From an uncultured Campylobacterales bacterium (GTDB taxonomy: Bacteria; Campylobacterota; Campylobacteria; Campylobacterales; CACVAW01): a stretch of 64,000 nucleotides of DNA. The DNA lies in contig CACVAW010000040.1 of NCBI GenBank assembly GCA_902727925.1, positions 5,075 through 69,074 of the forward strand. Direction: 5' to 3'. The notes below the pieces were generated by a model, which saw only the letters and a program-made list of their open reading frames with translations, made no database searches and was not told the origin of the DNA. The number at the start of each line of letters is the position of its first letter. The first letter of the stretch is position 1. The translations under genes were made by a program, and so were the position numbers. Below, in pieces: positions 52,806 to 62,578 of this stretch.

Positions 52806-53365
52806 TATTTTGCCTTTTCTAAATATTCACAATTTTGTGTATCAACAAAAATAACATCACCTTCAACTATATGAAAAGGTACTTGAATTACTGCTCCATT
52901 AGCTATAGTAGCTGGTTTTTTACCACCTTGAGAATCACCTTTAAAATTTGGAGGAGTCTCTGTAACTGTATATTTTATTTTAGTGTCTATATCAACACCT
53001 ATTGGCTTATCATTATAAAAAAGGATTGAACACATCATACCGTCAATAAACCATTTTTCATTATCACCTACTTGATCATAAGTAAGACCTATTTGATCAT
53101 AAGTGTCTGTATTCATAAATTGCATCATTTCACCATCGTCATATAGAAATTGCATTTTTATCTCTTTTAGATCAGGAAGCTCAAATTTATCACCAGGCTT
53201 AAATGTTTTATCTATAACTTTACCATTTAAAAAAGATTTTATTTTAGTTCGTACAAACGCTGGACCTTTCCCAGGTTTTACATGTTGATATTCCACTACT
53301 CTATAAGGAACACCATTCATCTCTATTTTTAAGCCTTTTTTTAAATCACTCATACTAAGTGCCAT
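52805..53365 (-). CDS. efp: elongation factor P
   Basis: [12 protein letters not shown] loop. 186 aa. Confidence 0.95.
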   Translation of the reverse strand: MALSMSDLKKGLKIEMNGVPYRVVEYQHVKPGKGPAFVRTKIKSFLNGKVIDKTFKPGDKFELPDLKEIKMQFLYDDGEMMQFMNTDTYDQIGLTYDQVGDNEKWFIDGMMCSILFYNDKPIGVDIDTKIKYTVTETPPNFKGDSQGGKKPATIANGAVIQVPFHIVEGDVIFVDTQNCEYLEKAK

Positions 53366-53535
53366 ATGTACTCCTACCTAACGATACAAAAATGTTTTTA
53401 AAATATTAAAATATATGTGATAATTTAACGCGTTAGTGTATCAAATATAAGTTAAAATGGTTTATTATTTATAACTTTTATGTAAAAATCAATATAATAA
53501 TCTTTTATAAAATCAATATCCTTTAAGGAAGTACC

Positions 53536-54849
53536 TTGTCAAGAAAAACAAAAATCTTAATCGCTTTTATAGCTTTGGTAATACTAATAATTATATGCAC
53601 ATGGTTTAACACTAAAAAGTTAACGCCAAAAGCTATAGAAATAAAAGAAAACATTAGTTTTGTAATTAATAAAAATAACAACAATATTAACTTAAATGGT
53701 ATTTTTTCATCAAAAGAACAACTTATGATATTAAAAAAAGAGTTTGATAAAAAAAACATGATTCCAAAGAATTCAAAGCTTAGTATTAAACATGATATTG
53801 AAGATTCTAATAATGTCTTCCCAAAAATAGCGCAATTTATGCCTGTGTTTTTAGATAACTATGAAAATGGTCAAATCGTCTATACAGATAAGAACTTAAC
53901 TATAAGTGGAACAACATACAACAAAAACTTACCAAAAATAACAGAACAAATATTTAACCCAGTAACTGGACTAAATATCGTTAACAATACTAAAGTCCAA
54001 GACAAGACTCCTTCAGGAATAGTCATAATTAAAAATGGTTCAAATATTACACTTGATGGTAACTTTGCAAACCAAAACGAACTAAATAGTATTTTAAATG
54101 GTAAAGTTATTCCTGGTGAACAAAATATTCAAAGTAAATACAACAAGTTTACGCAATTATCCCAAATTAGTAATATTTCAAATCTTTTTTATCAAAATTT
54201 CACTAAAGGACAACTTTCATATACAAATAATAAGCTAACGGTAATTGGAGAGACAAACTCTACTGAAGCAAAAGAATCTTTTGTTAACTTCTTAAATGCG
54301 AATAATATAGATTCAAATGTAGATATAAGCTTAGTAAACATAGAACCTGTATCTATAGACTCTAACACCACAAGTATAATAAAAATTAAACCAGATACAA
54401 ATAAAACTGTTGCGACTAAAAGACTAGCCCTATCAACAAAACTTTATGACATAAAAAAAGAACAGAACTTAACACAAAAAAGTAAAAAAATTCAAGATGA
54501 ATTAATTGCAATGGCAGAGTCAGAAAATATAGAGTTTAGAAAAAGTAAAGCAACACTAACAACTAAAGGGAAGAATAGTGTTGTAAATATTGCTAACATA
54601 TTAAAAAAATATCCAAATATTAAAATTCAAGTTGCAGGTCATACTGATTCTGATGGTGATGCATCATATAACAAATGGTTATCGCAATTAAGAGTAAACA
54701 ATGTAAAGCAAGAATTAATAGATAATAAAATTAATCAAAATAGAATTGAAGCTGTAGGATACGGTGAAACTAAACCGCTGTTTTCAAATGACAATACTTT
54801 TAATAAACAAAAAAATCGTCGTGTTGAATTTATCATAATAGGAGAATAA
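53536..54849 (+). CDS. inner-membrane-anchored OmpA/MotB-domain protein with internally duplicated modules
   Basis: TTG start after AAGGAAG. One N-terminal TM. Four modules carry xN(I/L)T(L/I)xGxxxxxxE signatures (INLNGIFSS, LTISGTTYN, ITLDGNFAN, LTVIGETNS). The C-terminal OmpA domain reads GHTDSDGD...NRRVEFII. Confidence 0.8.
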   Translation: MSRKTKILIAFIALVILIIICTWFNTKKLTPKAIEIKENISFVINKNNNNINLNGIFSSKEQLMILKKEFDKKNMIPKNSKLSIKHDIEDSNNVFPKIAQFMPVFLDNYENGQIVYTDKNLTISGTTYNKNLPKITEQIFNPVTGLNIVNNTKVQDKTPSGIVIIKNGSNITLDGNFANQNELNSILNGKVIPGEQNIQSKYNKFTQLSQISNISNLFYQNFTKGQLSYTNNKLTVIGETNSTEAKESFVNFLNANNIDSNVDISLVNIEPVSIDSNTTSIIKIKPDTNKTVATKRLALSTKLYDIKKEQNLTQKSKKIQDELIAMAESENIEFRKSKATLTTKGKNSVVNIANILKKYPNIKIQVAGHTDSDGDASYNKWLSQLRVNNVKQELIDNKINQNRIEAVGYGETKPLFSNDNTFNKQKNRRVEFIIIGE

Positions 54850-54850
54850 A

Positions 54851-55279
54851 ATGTTAGAAATCGCTTCACAAATTATACTTTGCCTAATACTTGCTGCCAT
54901 TCTTGGCTTTATTATTGGATATCTACTTGGTCGTATATGTTCTACTTCTGAGAAAAAGAACACTACAGGTGTATCAATAGGCTCAAAACCAAAATTTTTA
55001 CTTAGCCCTAGAAGAGGTGGTAAAGATAATCTATCAAAAATAAAAGGTATTGGTGTCAAAATAGAGGGTATTTTAAACGATCTAGGAATATATCACTTTG
55101 ATCAAATAGCTTCTTGGAATAAAGAAGAAACTTCCTGGATAGATAATAATGTAGCTTTCCCAGGGCGTGTACAAAGAGAGCAATGGGTAGAACAAGCAAA
55201 AGTACTTGCTACAGGAAGAGAAACTGATTTTTCAAAAAGAGTAACTGCTGGAGAAGTATCTTCAAGCAAAAAATCATAA
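54851..55279 (+). CDS. membrane-anchored helix-hairpin-helix (H3TH / DUF4332-like) protein
   Basis: An N-terminal TM is followed by DNLSKIKGIGVKIEGILNDLGIYHFDQIASW, a typical HhH module. It starts 1 nt after the upstream stop. Confidence 0.65.
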   Translation: MLEIASQIILCLILAAILGFIIGYLLGRICSTSEKKNTTGVSIGSKPKFLLSPRRGGKDNLSKIKGIGVKIEGILNDLGIYHFDQIASWNKEETSWIDNNVAFPGRVQREQWVEQAKVLATGRETDFSKRVTAGEVSSSKKS

Positions 55280-55316
55280 CTTCAAAACTCTCATAAATAT
55301 TCACATAATATATTTT

Positions 55317-55350
55317 CTATATGGCATTTCGGTGTCATGTAGCTTTTTTT
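55317..55350 (+). terminator. rho-independent terminator
   Basis: CTATATGGCA-tttcgg-TGTCATGTAG forms a 10-bp stem with 2 G-U pairs, followed by CTTTTTTT. Confidence 0.6.
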
Positions 55351-55400
55351 GATATTATTCCAGTTTTAACTACAATATATAATAAGGAACATAATTTTTT

Positions 55401-55970
55401 ATGAAAAAACTATTTTTAATTATAGGCGCACCGGGTTCAGGTAAAACAACAGACGCCGAAATCATAGCAAAAAACAACAATGGAATTTCACACTTTTCAA
55501 CAGGTGAACTCCTACGTGATGAAGTAAAAAGTGGCAGTACCCTAGGTACAAAAATAGATGGCTTTATATCTAAAGGTAATCTAGTACCTCTTGAAATAGT
55601 AATAGATACAATAATAACAGCAATTAAAAATGCTAATGACGATATTATTTTAATAGATGGCTACCCAAGAAGTATTGAACAAATGATATCTCTTGATAAA
55701 ATACTTATTGATCAAACTGATATAGAACTTACTTCAGTAATAGAAGTTGAAGTGAGTGAAGAAGTTGCACGTGATAGAGTTCTAGGACGAGCGCGTGGAG
55801 CAGATGATAATGAAACAGTATTCACAAATAGAATGAAAGTTTATACAGACCCATTAAAAGATATTCAATCATTCTATACAGAAAAAAAATTATTAAAAGT
55901 AATCAATGGGGAAAGAACTATAGAAGCAATAGTTGATGAAATGTTTTCATTTATACAAACAAAGATATAA
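55401..55970 (+). CDS. adk: adenylate kinase (short type)
   Basis: P-loop GAPGSGKTT and the DGYPR motif. 189 aa. Confidence 0.9.
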   Translation: MKKLFLIIGAPGSGKTTDAEIIAKNNNGISHFSTGELLRDEVKSGSTLGTKIDGFISKGNLVPLEIVIDTIITAIKNANDDIILIDGYPRSIEQMISLDKILIDQTDIELTSVIEVEVSEEVARDRVLGRARGADDNETVFTNRMKVYTDPLKDIQSFYTEKKLLKVINGERTIEAIVDEMFSFIQTKI

Positions 55971-55975
55971 ACAAT

Positions 55976-57037
55976 ATGAAAAACTATAATATAGCAGTAA
56001 TAAAAGGTGATGGTATAGGTGTTGAGATAGTAGACCAAGCACTAAGAGTACTAAACAAAATATCTTCAAAGTTTAATATAAATTTTGACTTCAAAGAATA
56101 CCTTATGGGTGGATGTGCAATTGATGCAACAGGTAACCCTCTTCCAGATGAAACTCTTAAAGGCACAAAAAATAGTGACGCTGTACTTTTTGGAGCTATT
56201 GGTGGACCTAAATGGGATAACGTTGAACGTCACTTAAGACCTGAAAGCGGACTTCTTAAACTAAGAAGTGAACTTGAAGTATATGCTAACCTAAGACCTG
56301 TTGCTATATATGACGAGCTTCTAGATGCAAGTACGCTCAAACCTGAAGTAATTAAAGGTGTAGACCTACTTGTAGTGAGAGAATTAACAGGTGGAATATA
56401 CTTTGGTCAGCCTAGGGCTAAAGAAGACAACAGAGCTTACAATACAATGGTATACTCAAGAGATGAGATAACAAGAATAGCTAAAATTGGTTTTGAAAGT
56501 GCAATGATACGAGACAAAAAACTTTGTTCAGTAGATAAAGCAAACGTACTTGAAGTATCACAATTATGGAGAGAAGTAGTTGATGCAATGAGTAAAGACT
56601 ATCCAGAAGTTCAAGTTAGCCATATGTATATAGATAACGCAGCTATGCAACTAATTCGTAATCCAAAACAGTTTGATGTAATCCTTACTTCAAATATTTT
56701 TGGAGATATATTAAGTGACGCTGCAAGTATGGTAAGTGGCTCTATAGGTATGCTTGCATCTGCATCTTTAGGTGGTAAAGTAGGTATTTATGAGCCTATT
56801 CATGGTTCAGCTCCTGATATAGCTGGTCGTGGTATATCAAATCCAATAGCTACTATACTAAGTGCTGCAATGATGCTTGAATATTCATTAAATGAAATTG
56901 ATGCAGCAAACGCAATAAAGCAAGCTGTAAAAAAGACTTTAGAACTAGGATATAGAACAACTGATTTAGCTTCATTTGGGGCGAGACAAGTTTGTAATAC
57001 TACTGAAATAACTGATAAAATTTTAGAAAACTTATAA
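55976..57037 (+). CDS. leuB: 3-isopropylmalate dehydrogenase
   Basis: The signature is [13 protein letters not shown], with GSAPDIAG. 353 aa. Confidence 0.95.
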   Translation: MKNYNIAVIKGDGIGVEIVDQALRVLNKISSKFNINFDFKEYLMGGCAIDATGNPLPDETLKGTKNSDAVLFGAIGGPKWDNVERHLRPESGLLKLRSELEVYANLRPVAIYDELLDASTLKPEVIKGVDLLVVRELTGGIYFGQPRAKEDNRAYNTMVYSRDEITRIAKIGFESAMIRDKKLCSVDKANVLEVSQLWREVVDAMSKDYPEVQVSHMYIDNAAMQLIRNPKQFDVILTSNIFGDILSDAASMVSGSIGMLASASLGGKVGIYEPIHGSAPDIAGRGISNPIATILSAAMMLEYSLNEIDAANAIKQAVKKTLELGYRTTDLASFGARQVCNTTEITDKILENL

Positions 57038-57044
57038 GAATATA

Positions 57045-57078
57045 AAGTCTAAGTGCTAAATCATTAGTACTTAGACTT
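57045..57078 (+). terminator. leuB terminator hairpin
   Basis: AAGTCTAAGTGCT-8 nt-AGTACTTAGACTT forms a 13-bp stem with one G-U pair, followed by CTTTTAT. Confidence 0.6.
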
Positions 57079-57085
57079 CTTTTAT

Positions 57086-57111
57086 AGTCTGAAGTATTCC
57101 CAATTCAGACT
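57086..57111 (+). repeat. second hairpin directly after the leuB terminator
   Basis: AGTCTGAA-10 nt-TTCAGACT. It shares the AGTCT/AGACT core with the first hairpin. Confidence 0.35.
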
Positions 57112-57158
57112 TATTACTCCACTAGTTAAATACAGTATAAATTATATGAATAATTTAG

Positions 57159-57181
57159 TAAAAAAGTTAGTAACTTTTTTA
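57159..57181. repeat. 23-nt perfect palindrome
   Basis: TAAAAAAGTTA-G-TAACTTTTTTA, in the 343-bp leuB-downstream spacer. Confidence 0.4.
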
Positions 57182-57380
57182 AACATCCTAGTATAAGTTA
57201 TGCTGCTTGATTATTGAGATATTTTTGTGAGGAAATAATAAGTCACAAAGTAATATAAAAATGTAGAGTGTAGCTTGACACTTTTAGTGTGAGCTTTAAC
57301 ATTTTAGCATTTATTACAGCTTAGTTTTAATAAAGTTATACAAAAATATCGTTATAATAAATTTGTAAGTAGGAAGCTCA

Positions 57381-57839
57381 ATGTATAGTTTTGAAATTGA
57401 AAAAAAGGTGCAAGGCAAAGAAAGCAAAAATTCTTTGTTTATATATATAGTATCTTTTTGTTGTTTGGGGGCTTTATGTATTGGGTACTTTTTCTTTGAT
57501 ATGCAAAATAGCTCTAATAAAGAAGCTATAAGTAATGAAGAAATTTCTTATAAAAAACAATCTATACGCAAGATAGATGAAGAAATAAAAGAGATTGATA
57601 GTAAAAATAAAATAATAAATGCTGTTAATACAAATAATTTGATGATATTAAAAAAGCTTAGTTTAATTCCGCAAAAAGATATTATAAGTATTTCTATCAA
57701 AGAGAAGTCTATAGAAGTAAAAGGTAAAGATATAAATCAAAGTGGGCTTCTTTATAAAGCAAAACTTGATGAAGTATTTTTAAATACTAGATATACAAAA
57801 GAGGATAATGAAACTTTTTTGATAGAGGTTTATGAATGA
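57381..57839 (+). CDS. bitopic membrane protein, PilN-like topology
   Basis: AGGAAG lies 4 nt before the ATG. One TM (LFIYIVSFCCLGALCIGYFFF), a coiled coil and a small C-terminal domain. 152 aa. Confidence 0.7.
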   Translation: MYSFEIEKKVQGKESKNSLFIYIVSFCCLGALCIGYFFFDMQNSSNKEAISNEEISYKKQSIRKIDEEIKEIDSKNKIINAVNTNNLMILKKLSLIPQKDIISISIKEKSIEVKGKDINQSGLLYKAKLDEVFLNTRYTKEDNETFLIEVYE

Positions 57840-58309
57840 GTTTATTAATAAAAATGTTTCTTATACTTGGGGTTATTGTATATATCTTTGTTTTTACTTA
57901 TGAAGATGATATTAAAAAATACAAACAAAATATCAAAAGTCAAAACATAGCTAAGCAGGAATTAAAAAATATTAGTAAAACAGAACTTCTCAAAAAAGAG
58001 TTTTTATATAATAAAAAAGAACAAAATATATTTAATATTGCTAGATTTTCACAGAATTCAAAAGATGAGTTACTGAGCTTTACTAGTAGATACTTTGATG
58101 ATATTAAGATGAAAGATATCTCAAGTGATATATCGTCATTTCAAGTTAAGAGTGATGATATGAGTAAGTTTTATTATTTTATTGAAGATTTGGGATACTT
58201 TAGATCAGTTGTAGAAGTACTTAATGATATTGAGATTGTAAGGGGTGATAATAGTTTTGATATAAGCTTTAAGCTTAAAACTTATAAAGATAGAGTGATT
58301 GCAGAGTAA
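57836..58309 (+). CDS. bitopic membrane protein, PilO-like topology
   Basis: ATGA overlap with the upstream gene. N-terminal TM (MFLILGVIVYIFVF), a coiled coil and a C-terminal alpha/beta segment. 157 aa. Confidence 0.7.
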   Translation: MSLLIKMFLILGVIVYIFVFTYEDDIKKYKQNIKSQNIAKQELKNISKTELLKKEFLYNKKEQNIFNIARFSQNSKDELLSFTSRYFDDIKMKDISSDISSFQVKSDDMSKFYYFIEDLGYFRSVVEVLNDIEIVRGDNSFDISFKLKTYKDRVIAE

Positions 58310-58312
58310 TCT

Positions 58313-58885
58313 ATGAGGTGTTTGCTATGTCAGTCATGGTCGCTGAGATATATATGCAAAACTTGCGAGGAACTGCACCTCAAACCAAGTTTACAAAAAA
58401 GAGTATTACCAAATGGACTAGAAGTCTATTATTTTTATAAATATAAAGAGATAGAAGAGTTAATCAAGTCAAAATATTTTTTTATAGGATATTTCATATA
58501 CCGTACTTTGGCTCGTCTTAGTTTTAAAGAGTTTAGCAAGAGCTTTCTTTTTGACGAAAAAGTATATGCTTTTGCTTGTGACGCAAGTATCAAAAACGGT
58601 TATTCTAATACTTCACTTCTAAGTAGATATCTAAAATCAAATACAATAAAACCTCTTTATAATAAACTAATTTCTACTACAAATATTAGCTACGCAGGTA
58701 AAACTCTAGATTTTAGACTACGCAATCCAAAACAATTTGAGTATAAATTCAAATCAAACATAAATGCAATACTTGTAGATGATACTGTAGTGTCTGGAAC
58801 GACCTTGTCACAAGCGGAAAAAGAGTTAGCTAAATATAATGTGAATGTTTTGTTTGCTATTACTTTATGTGATGCAAAAGAGTAA
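58313..58885 (+). CDS. comFC: ComF-family competence protein (ComFC / CtsW-like phosphoribosyltransferase-fold)
   Basis: The N-terminal zinc-finger-like motif is CLLCQ...CKTCEE. The C-terminal PRTase motif is ILVDDTVVSGTTL. 190 aa. Confidence 0.85.
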   Translation: MRCLLCQSWSLRYICKTCEELHLKPSLQKRVLPNGLEVYYFYKYKEIEELIKSKYFFIGYFIYRTLARLSFKEFSKSFLFDEKVYAFACDASIKNGYSNTSLLSRYLKSNTIKPLYNKLISTTNISYAGKTLDFRLRNPKQFEYKFKSNINAILVDDTVVSGTTLSQAEKELAKYNVNVLFAITLCDAKE

Positions 58886-58886
58886 T

Positions 58887-61394
58887 ATGAAGCTAATAGA
58901 GAATCAAAAATTATTTCTTATTGATGAACTGAAGAAAAATCTATTTGAGTGTAAGAAGTTTTATTTCAATGTGGCTTTTATGAGTTTTTCTGGGGTGCAA
59001 CTTTTGTTAGAAAGCTTGCATCAAAGTAGAGGCAAAATATTGACATCTTCATATCTTGGGTTTACAGATGTTAAGTCACTAGAAGTTGTGAATGATATTA
59101 CGGGTATTGAACTAAAGATATTTATCACAAAAACCCAAGGTTTTCACTCCAAGGGCTATATCTTTGAGTATGAAAATTATTATAAAATAATAATAGGATC
59201 GTCAAATCTAACTTCAAGTGCCTTGAAGTCAAATATTGAATGGAATGTAGAGATTATAGAAAAAAAAGATTCTGTGTTTCTAGGAGAAGTACTTGATAGC
59301 TTTGATTCTTTATTTACACAAGCTAATGATATAACCCCTGAGTTTTTGGGTAGCTATAGAGAATATATAAAAAGTTTGATACAAAAGCCTTTTGAGTTTG
59401 TGTCTAAAAAAATCATCCCTAATAATATGCAAATAAAAGCACTTAATAATCTAAAAGAATTAAGAACTGAGAATAAAACAAAAGCTCTTTTGATAGCTGC
59501 AACGGGAAGTGGTAAGACATACTTAAGTGCTTTTGATGTGAAAGCTTTTGCTCCTAAGAAATTTTTGTTTTTGGTGCATAATAAGAGTATATTGACTCAG
59601 GCAAAAAGAGCGTATGAAAAGGTGATAAACGAAGAAATGGGTCTTTATACAGGTGAGAGTAAATCGAACGCTCCTTATTTGTTTGCTACTATTCAAAGTA
59701 TGAAGAAATTTTATAGTAGTTTTGCAAGAGACTATTTTGAATATATAGTTGTAGATGAAGCACATAGGTCAGTTACTCAGAGCTATGATGAGGTGCTTAA
59801 TTATTTTAAGCCTCAGTTTTTGCTTGGTATGAGTGCTACGCCGTATACTAAAATATATGCTAGGTATGATAATATTTGTTTAAATGTAGGCCTTAAAGAA
59901 GCTTTAAAAAGAAATTTTGTATCGCCTTTTCATTATTATGGTATTAGTGATGATACTGATGTCTCGGGTAGCATCAAAGAACTTTCAAGTAAGTTAAGTG
60001 TACATAAAAGAGTAGATTTTATTATCAAAAAGATGCAGTTTTTTGGCTATGATGGAGATGCTAGAAAAGCACTTGGATTTTGTGTTGATATCAGTCATGC
60101 TAAGTATATGTCAGACCAGTTTAATTCCATGGGTATTGCATCAGCATATTTGTCTGGTGAAGACAGTATACACAAAAGAGAGTCTTATATAAAGAGACTT
60201 GAAAATGCAGAACTAGAAGTACTTTTTGTGGTTGATATATTTAATGAGGGAGTTGATATCCCTTGTATAAATACGGTGCTATTTCTTAGACCTACTGAAT
60301 CGATGGTGGTATTCGCTCAGCAACTCGGACGTGGTCTTCGTAAAGCTAAAGGCAAAGAGTTTGTAACAGTACTTGATTTTATCGCTAACTATGATAGAAG
60401 TTTTATGATAGTCTTAGCTCTAAACTCAGGGCTAATAGGAAGTAAAAAAGCACTTATAAAAGAGTATAAAAACAACTTTTATGGTTGTCATATATCTATG
60501 GACAGAGTGGCTGAAGAACTGATATTAAAAAAACTAGAAAGCACAAACCTAAATACAAAAAAATATTTACTACAAGAATACAAAGAATTAAATTTATTTA
60601 ATAAAACACTTAGTATCGGTGATATATCTAATATGGGGTTTGATAATACAGTATATAGAATCATCAAGGTATATGGTAGCTATTATCACTTTTTGAGTCT
60701 TACTCAAGATATTAAATATAGTGAAGATTTTTTGGATTTTGCCAAACAAATCAGTAGATTACTACCTATAAAAAGAGAAGATGAGTTTGTAGTTCTCAAA
60801 AATCTAATTAATAAAAATATTGAAGATGGATACATATATGCAAAAGAGTTTTTAAGTGGTAAGTATAAAGATAGTAGACAAAAATTAACGGTATTAAACA
60901 GTAATTTTGGTTTTTCAAAAGAGTTTAAAAGTGTGGTAAAGAGCTACAAAAAAGAGATTTTAGAACTTCTTGATTTTGGACTATCAAAATATGAAGAGAT
61001 AAAAGATGATAGGAAAATAGGAGATTTTTATACAAATAAATATTATACTCTTTTTGATGTATCACTTATTGCTAAGTATAAAAAAACTCTTTCATCGTTT
61101 AGAGGAAGAGGGCTTATTCATTATGAAGGTATATATTATTTGTTTGTAAATCTTAATGATAATAGTAAATATGAAAATACTTTGATAGATAATACGTTAA
61201 GATGGCATATAAAAGAAAAAATAAGTTCAAACATAGTAAAAAACATCATTAATAGCAATAAAAGAATATATCTATTCGCACGTAGAGAAAAAAAAGTTGA
61301 TGGTATTATTATGGAGTATAAGTTTTACGGTGAGCTTAGATATGTTAATCATATTCAAAATGAATTGATATCGTTTGATTTGAAAATAATTTAG
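58887..61394 (+). CDS. PLD-family nuclease / SF2 (ResIII-type) helicase / DUF3427-type C-terminal domain protein
   Basis: I prefer the ATG at 58887, 1 nt after the comFC stop, over the track start at 58845. The HKD motif is FHSKGYIF...IIGSSNLT (His codon 59145). Walker A is AATGSGKT (59496-59519) and DEAH is at 59754-59765. MSATP and QQLGRGLR follow, then a roughly 250-aa tail. Confidence 0.88.
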   Translation: MKLIENQKLFLIDELKKNLFECKKFYFNVAFMSFSGVQLLLESLHQSRGKILTSSYLGFTDVKSLEVVNDITGIELKIFITKTQGFHSKGYIFEYENYYKIIIGSSNLTSSALKSNIEWNVEIIEKKDSVFLGEVLDSFDSLFTQANDITPEFLGSYREYIKSLIQKPFEFVSKKIIPNNMQIKALNNLKELRTENKTKALLIAATGSGKTYLSAFDVKAFAPKKFLFLVHNKSILTQAKRAYEKVINEEMGLYTGESKSNAPYLFATIQSMKKFYSSFARDYFEYIVVDEAHRSVTQSYDEVLNYFKPQFLLGMSATPYTKIYARYDNICLNVGLKEALKRNFVSPFHYYGISDDTDVSGSIKELSSKLSVHKRVDFIIKKMQFFGYDGDARKALGFCVDISHAKYMSDQFNSMGIASAYLSGEDSIHKRESYIKRLENAELEVLFVVDIFNEGVDIPCINTVLFLRPTESMVVFAQQLGRGLRKAKGKEFVTVLDFIANYDRSFMIVLALNSGLIGSKKALIKEYKNNFYGCHISMDRVAEELILKKLESTNLNTKKYLLQEYKELNLFNKTLSIGDISNMGFDNTVYRIIKVYGSYYHFLSLTQDIKYSEDFLDFAKQISRLLPIKREDEFVVLKNLINKNIEDGYIYAKEFLSGKYKDSRQKLTVLNSNFGFSKEFKSVVKSYKKEILELLDFGLSKYEEIKDDRKIGDFYTNKYYTLFDVSLIAKYKKTLSSFRGRGLIHYEGIYYLFVNLNDNSKYENTLIDNTLRWHIKEKISSNIVKNIINSNKRIYLFARREKKVDGIIMEYKFYGELRYVNHIQNELISFDLKII

Positions 61395-61403
61395 GAGAAT
61401 AAT

Positions 61404-62366
61404 TTGTTTAAAAAAATAGAATTTGATTTTAATATTGGTGTTTACTATGCGATACTCTCAATAGTGCTTTATACAATGAGAGATGTACTAATAAAGTCTT
61501 ATATATCTTTACCCTCAATTGAAATACTTTTTTTCAGTAGTATTTTGGGAATAATCTTGATATTTCTTTCACTTAAACATACATCTTCTAGTTCTATATG
61601 TAAAAAAGAATATAGAAATAAAGCTCGTAAAATGTTGGTATTTAGAGGTGTAATGGGCTTTTTGTCTTCTGCTGCATTTTTTTATTGTATAACTCATACT
61701 ACTTTTGTTAATACTATTGTTTTTATGCAGTCTTCTGCTTTATTTGCATCACTATTTATGTTTATACTTTTTAGAGAAAAGCTATCATTAATACAAATTG
61801 CAGCTATTTTTGTTGGGCTTGTTGGTATTATTATGATAGTAAGTCCAAGTGGTATTAGTGTGGATAAGGTTAGTTGGGTTGGTTTAATATGTTCTATTAC
61901 AGGGGCAATTGCTTTTATGAGTGTAAGAGAACTTAGAAAGTATTATGGTGCAAGAACTATAGTTTTAGCGTTTTTGGTAGCAAACACTATAGGTAGTGGA
62001 TTTTGTATTATTATGGCTTATATAGTTGATATACCATCAATAGACTTTTTGTTCCAAAAATTTGTTATGCCAGAGATTAGTTTGATATATATATATTTAT
62101 TGCTGATTGCTTTTCTTAATGCTTTGTCTCAAATTTATAAAACTAAAGCATTTGCAGTTGCTAAAGTTGGAGTTGTAGGAGTTGTTTCATATTTAAGAGT
62201 TCCTATGACTTTATTTGTAGGAGTGTTTTTATTAGGAGATGATTGGCCTGTTAGTACAGTGTTTATTGGTATATTATTTGTTACTATTTCTTGTGTTATG
62301 GTGTCGTATATGAGTGAAGATGACAAAATAGACAAAGTATTTAGAAAATATGAACGTTCAGACTAA
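61404..62366 (+). CDS. DMT-superfamily (EamA-like) transporter
   Basis: TTG start 6 nt after AGGAG. About 10 hydrophobic helices in two EamA-like halves. 320 aa. Confidence 0.8.
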   Translation: MFKKIEFDFNIGVYYAILSIVLYTMRDVLIKSYISLPSIEILFFSSILGIILIFLSLKHTSSSSICKKEYRNKARKMLVFRGVMGFLSSAAFFYCITHTTFVNTIVFMQSSALFASLFMFILFREKLSLIQIAAIFVGLVGIIMIVSPSGISVDKVSWVGLICSITGAIAFMSVRELRKYYGARTIVLAFLVANTIGSGFCIIMAYIVDIPSIDFLFQKFVMPEISLIYIYLLLIAFLNALSQIYKTKAFAVAKVGVVGVVSYLRVPMTLFVGVFLLGDDWPVSTVFIGILFVTISCVMVSYMSEDDKIDKVFRKYERSD

Positions 62367-62578
62367 GCAAATAATTTGGTTAAAGACTTAATTAGTCAAG
62401 CCTAAAAAAACCAACAAACCCCTACACAGTAGGCTATCACACAGAAGAATACAGTATAATAAAGACCAGTAAGTAAAGAAGAATACGAATAGCTATTGGT
62501 CGAAAAGAGTAAAAAAGTGGTCAGAATGAAGTTCCCCCAATAAACTGGACAGATATATTCTAACATTGAAAAATTCAA

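Noticed and set aside
58845-58886. The ORF track starts the helicase gene at 58845 (MFCLLLLYVMQKSN), inside comFC.
   Set aside because: The extension overlaps the conserved ComF C-terminus and looks non-native. The ATG at 58887, directly after the comFC stop, gives a clean N-terminus. The alternative start cannot be excluded without data.
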